This document shows positions 46,784 to 48,143 of a stretch of DNA of 48,143 bases, piece after piece (position 1 is the stretch's first letter; each line of letters starts with the position of its first letter). The notes under the pieces are model-generated. The model was not told the DNA's origin. It saw only the letters and a list, made by a program, of their open reading frames with translations, and ran no database searches. Location: NCBI GenBank assembly GCA_040756235.1, contig JBFLZG010000093.1, positions 1 through 48,143 on the forward strand, written 5' to 3'. The position numbers were made by a program, and so were the translations under genes. Source of the stretch: a bacterium (GTDB lineage Bacteria; Desulfobacterota; DSWW01).

Positions 46784-47290
46784 ATGCGCCTCGACAAGAG
46801 ATCCCGGAAGATTCGAACAAAGAAGAAGGGCAAAAAGGGGGCCTCTCCCCGTTTTCCCCCCTTCCTTCTGTATTTGCTCGCAGGCCTGGTCCTTTTGACC
46901 GGCTTCTATCTTCTGGTCTACAGGGGACACGCGCGCCGGTTGGCAGGACTGCGGGAGGAAAAGATCCGCGAAGACATGGACAAGATCTGCACGGCACTGG
47001 CCGTGTTCCGCCAGGATCACGGCCGCTACCCTCTCCCGGAAGAAGGCCTGCAGGGCTTGCTTGGAGGTCGGCTCCCCCCTGAGGGTGGAGATCGGCACGA
47101 GCGGGCCGCTGCGTACCTGGACCGCTTGCCTCCGGATCCGTGGGGAGGCCCCTACAACTACGAACCCCTTGCCAGCGGCGACAGCTTCAAGCTGGCCTGC
47201 TGGGGGGCCGACGGCAAGCCCGGCGGCGATGGGGATGCATCGGACCGGGTGCTGGAGGAGTGCAAGGGCGTGACGACGCCGTCGGATTGA
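46784..47290 (+). CDS. GspG-like (type II secretion major pseudopilin) domain protein
   Basis: ALAVFRQDHGRYP..EEGLQGL, YLDRLPPDPWGGPYNY, WGADGKPGGDGDASD. No GFTLxE prepilin motif. Confidence 0.8.
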   Translation: MRLDKRSRKIRTKKKGKKGASPRFPPFLLYLLAGLVLLTGFYLLVYRGHARRLAGLREEKIREDMDKICTALAVFRQDHGRYPLPEEGLQGLLGGRLPPEGGDRHERAAAYLDRLPPDPWGGPYNYEPLASGDSFKLACWGADGKPGGDGDASDRVLEECKGVTTPSD

Positions 47291-47296
47291 GCGGAC

Positions 47297-48118
47297 GTGG
47301 CGAAGACTGACAGCCAGGAATCAGGGTCTCTCTCCGTCGTTGAAAAGATTCCGATTCTTCGGATCGAGCGGACCGGTTCCAGTCAGATCCTGCAGGACGT
47401 GATTCAAGAAGCGCCGGCTACGCTGTTCGTGAACGGCAAGGAGATCGTGACGCTCCTGACCGTCCCCCGGGAGCTGGACGCCCTTGCGGTGGGGTTCCTT
47501 TTTTCCGAGGGATGGCTCACGGACCGTTCGGCCCTGGAGGAGATCCGTGTCGAGGAAGCCGGCGGGGTGGTCCGGGTCCGGCTCCGCAGGGTGCCGGCTT
47601 TGACCGAGCGGTTCCTCGAGAAGAGGCTGATCGCCTCCTCGTGCGGCAAGGCGACCTCCTTTTACAACATCGTGGACTCGGCGCTCTGCCGTCCCGTCGC
47701 ATCGGACTTCCGCGCAACCTCCGGCAGCATCCTGCGCTGGATCAAAGAAATGCTCCAGGCCGCCCGCCTGTACCGCACCACGCGGGCGACCCACAGCGTG
47801 GCCCTTTACGGGGATGCCGGCAGGATCCTCCTGGAAGAGGACATCGGAAGGCACAATGCGGTGGATCGGGTTCTGGGCAAGTGCCTGCTCAAGGGAATCG
47901 CCGTGGAGCAGACGGCCCTCCTGGCAACCGGCAGGCTCAGCTCCGAGATCGTGATCAAAGCCGCCCGCCTGGGCGCCCCCATCGTCGTCTCGCGCTCGGC
48001 CCCGACCGCCCTGGCCATCCGCCTCGGCGAGCGTCTGGGACTGACCCTGGTGGGGTACGTGCGAGGCGGCACGATGAACGTTTACGCCCACGCCCGCCGC
48101 ATTCGTGAGGGACCGTGA
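47297..48118 (+). CDS. fdhD: Formate dehydrogenase accessory sulfurtransferase FdhD
   Basis: LAVGFLFSEG, SSCG, EDIGRHNAVD, TGRLSSEIVIKA, SRSAPTALA. Confidence 0.93.
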   Translation: MAKTDSQESGSLSVVEKIPILRIERTGSSQILQDVIQEAPATLFVNGKEIVTLLTVPRELDALAVGFLFSEGWLTDRSALEEIRVEEAGGVVRVRLRRVPALTERFLEKRLIASSCGKATSFYNIVDSALCRPVASDFRATSGSILRWIKEMLQAARLYRTTRATHSVALYGDAGRILLEEDIGRHNAVDRVLGKCLLKGIAVEQTALLATGRLSSEIVIKAARLGAPIVVSRSAPTALAIRLGERLGLTLVGYVRGGTMNVYAHARRIREGP

Positions 48119-48143
48119 GGCGGCATGCAGGCTCGAGGAGAAT

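Noticed and set aside
48125..48143. ATG after fdhD as the start of a further gene
   Set aside because: Only six codons are visible, so no call is possible.

Overview
A GC-rich bacterial chromosomal segment whose gene content resembles an anaerobic Desulfobacterota/deltaproteobacterium (inference). I found about 37 CDS and no rRNA, tRNA, CRISPR array or transposase gene. Left arm: a minus-strand acyl-CoA catabolism and envelope-transport cluster (acyl-CoA dehydrogenase, DUF1329-like, Fe-S protein, thiolase, CoA ligase, YCF48-like, RND/MMPL, DUF1302-like). Divergent from it are a soluble two-component system, a B12-binding radical SAM enzyme and a SPASM-like/TPR protein, followed by an Mla/Mce ABC transporter. 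A 28-bp XerC/XerD dif-like site lies at 20609-20636 and KOPS octamers switch orientation there, so the window probably spans the replication terminus. Right arm: trpB2, hydantoinase/oxoprolinase A+B, cyclase, beta-propeller, TPR protein, a 1001-aa acidic surface lipoprotein, several hydrolases, a CoA transferase, an HMGS-like/DUF35 fusion lacking catalytic residues plus a thiolase, pcnB, a sigma54 activator behind a sigma54 promoter, an orphan GspG-like protein and fdhD. The most striking non-coding signal is a family of six dispersed intergenic elements (five complete cores of about 127-244 bp and one truncated arm). Their roughly 27-bp terminal stem covaries between copies while keeping G-T wobbles and a tandem GA/AG mismatch, and smaller hairpin modules are nested inside them. 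All product calls come from motif recognition by eye; no database searches were run.
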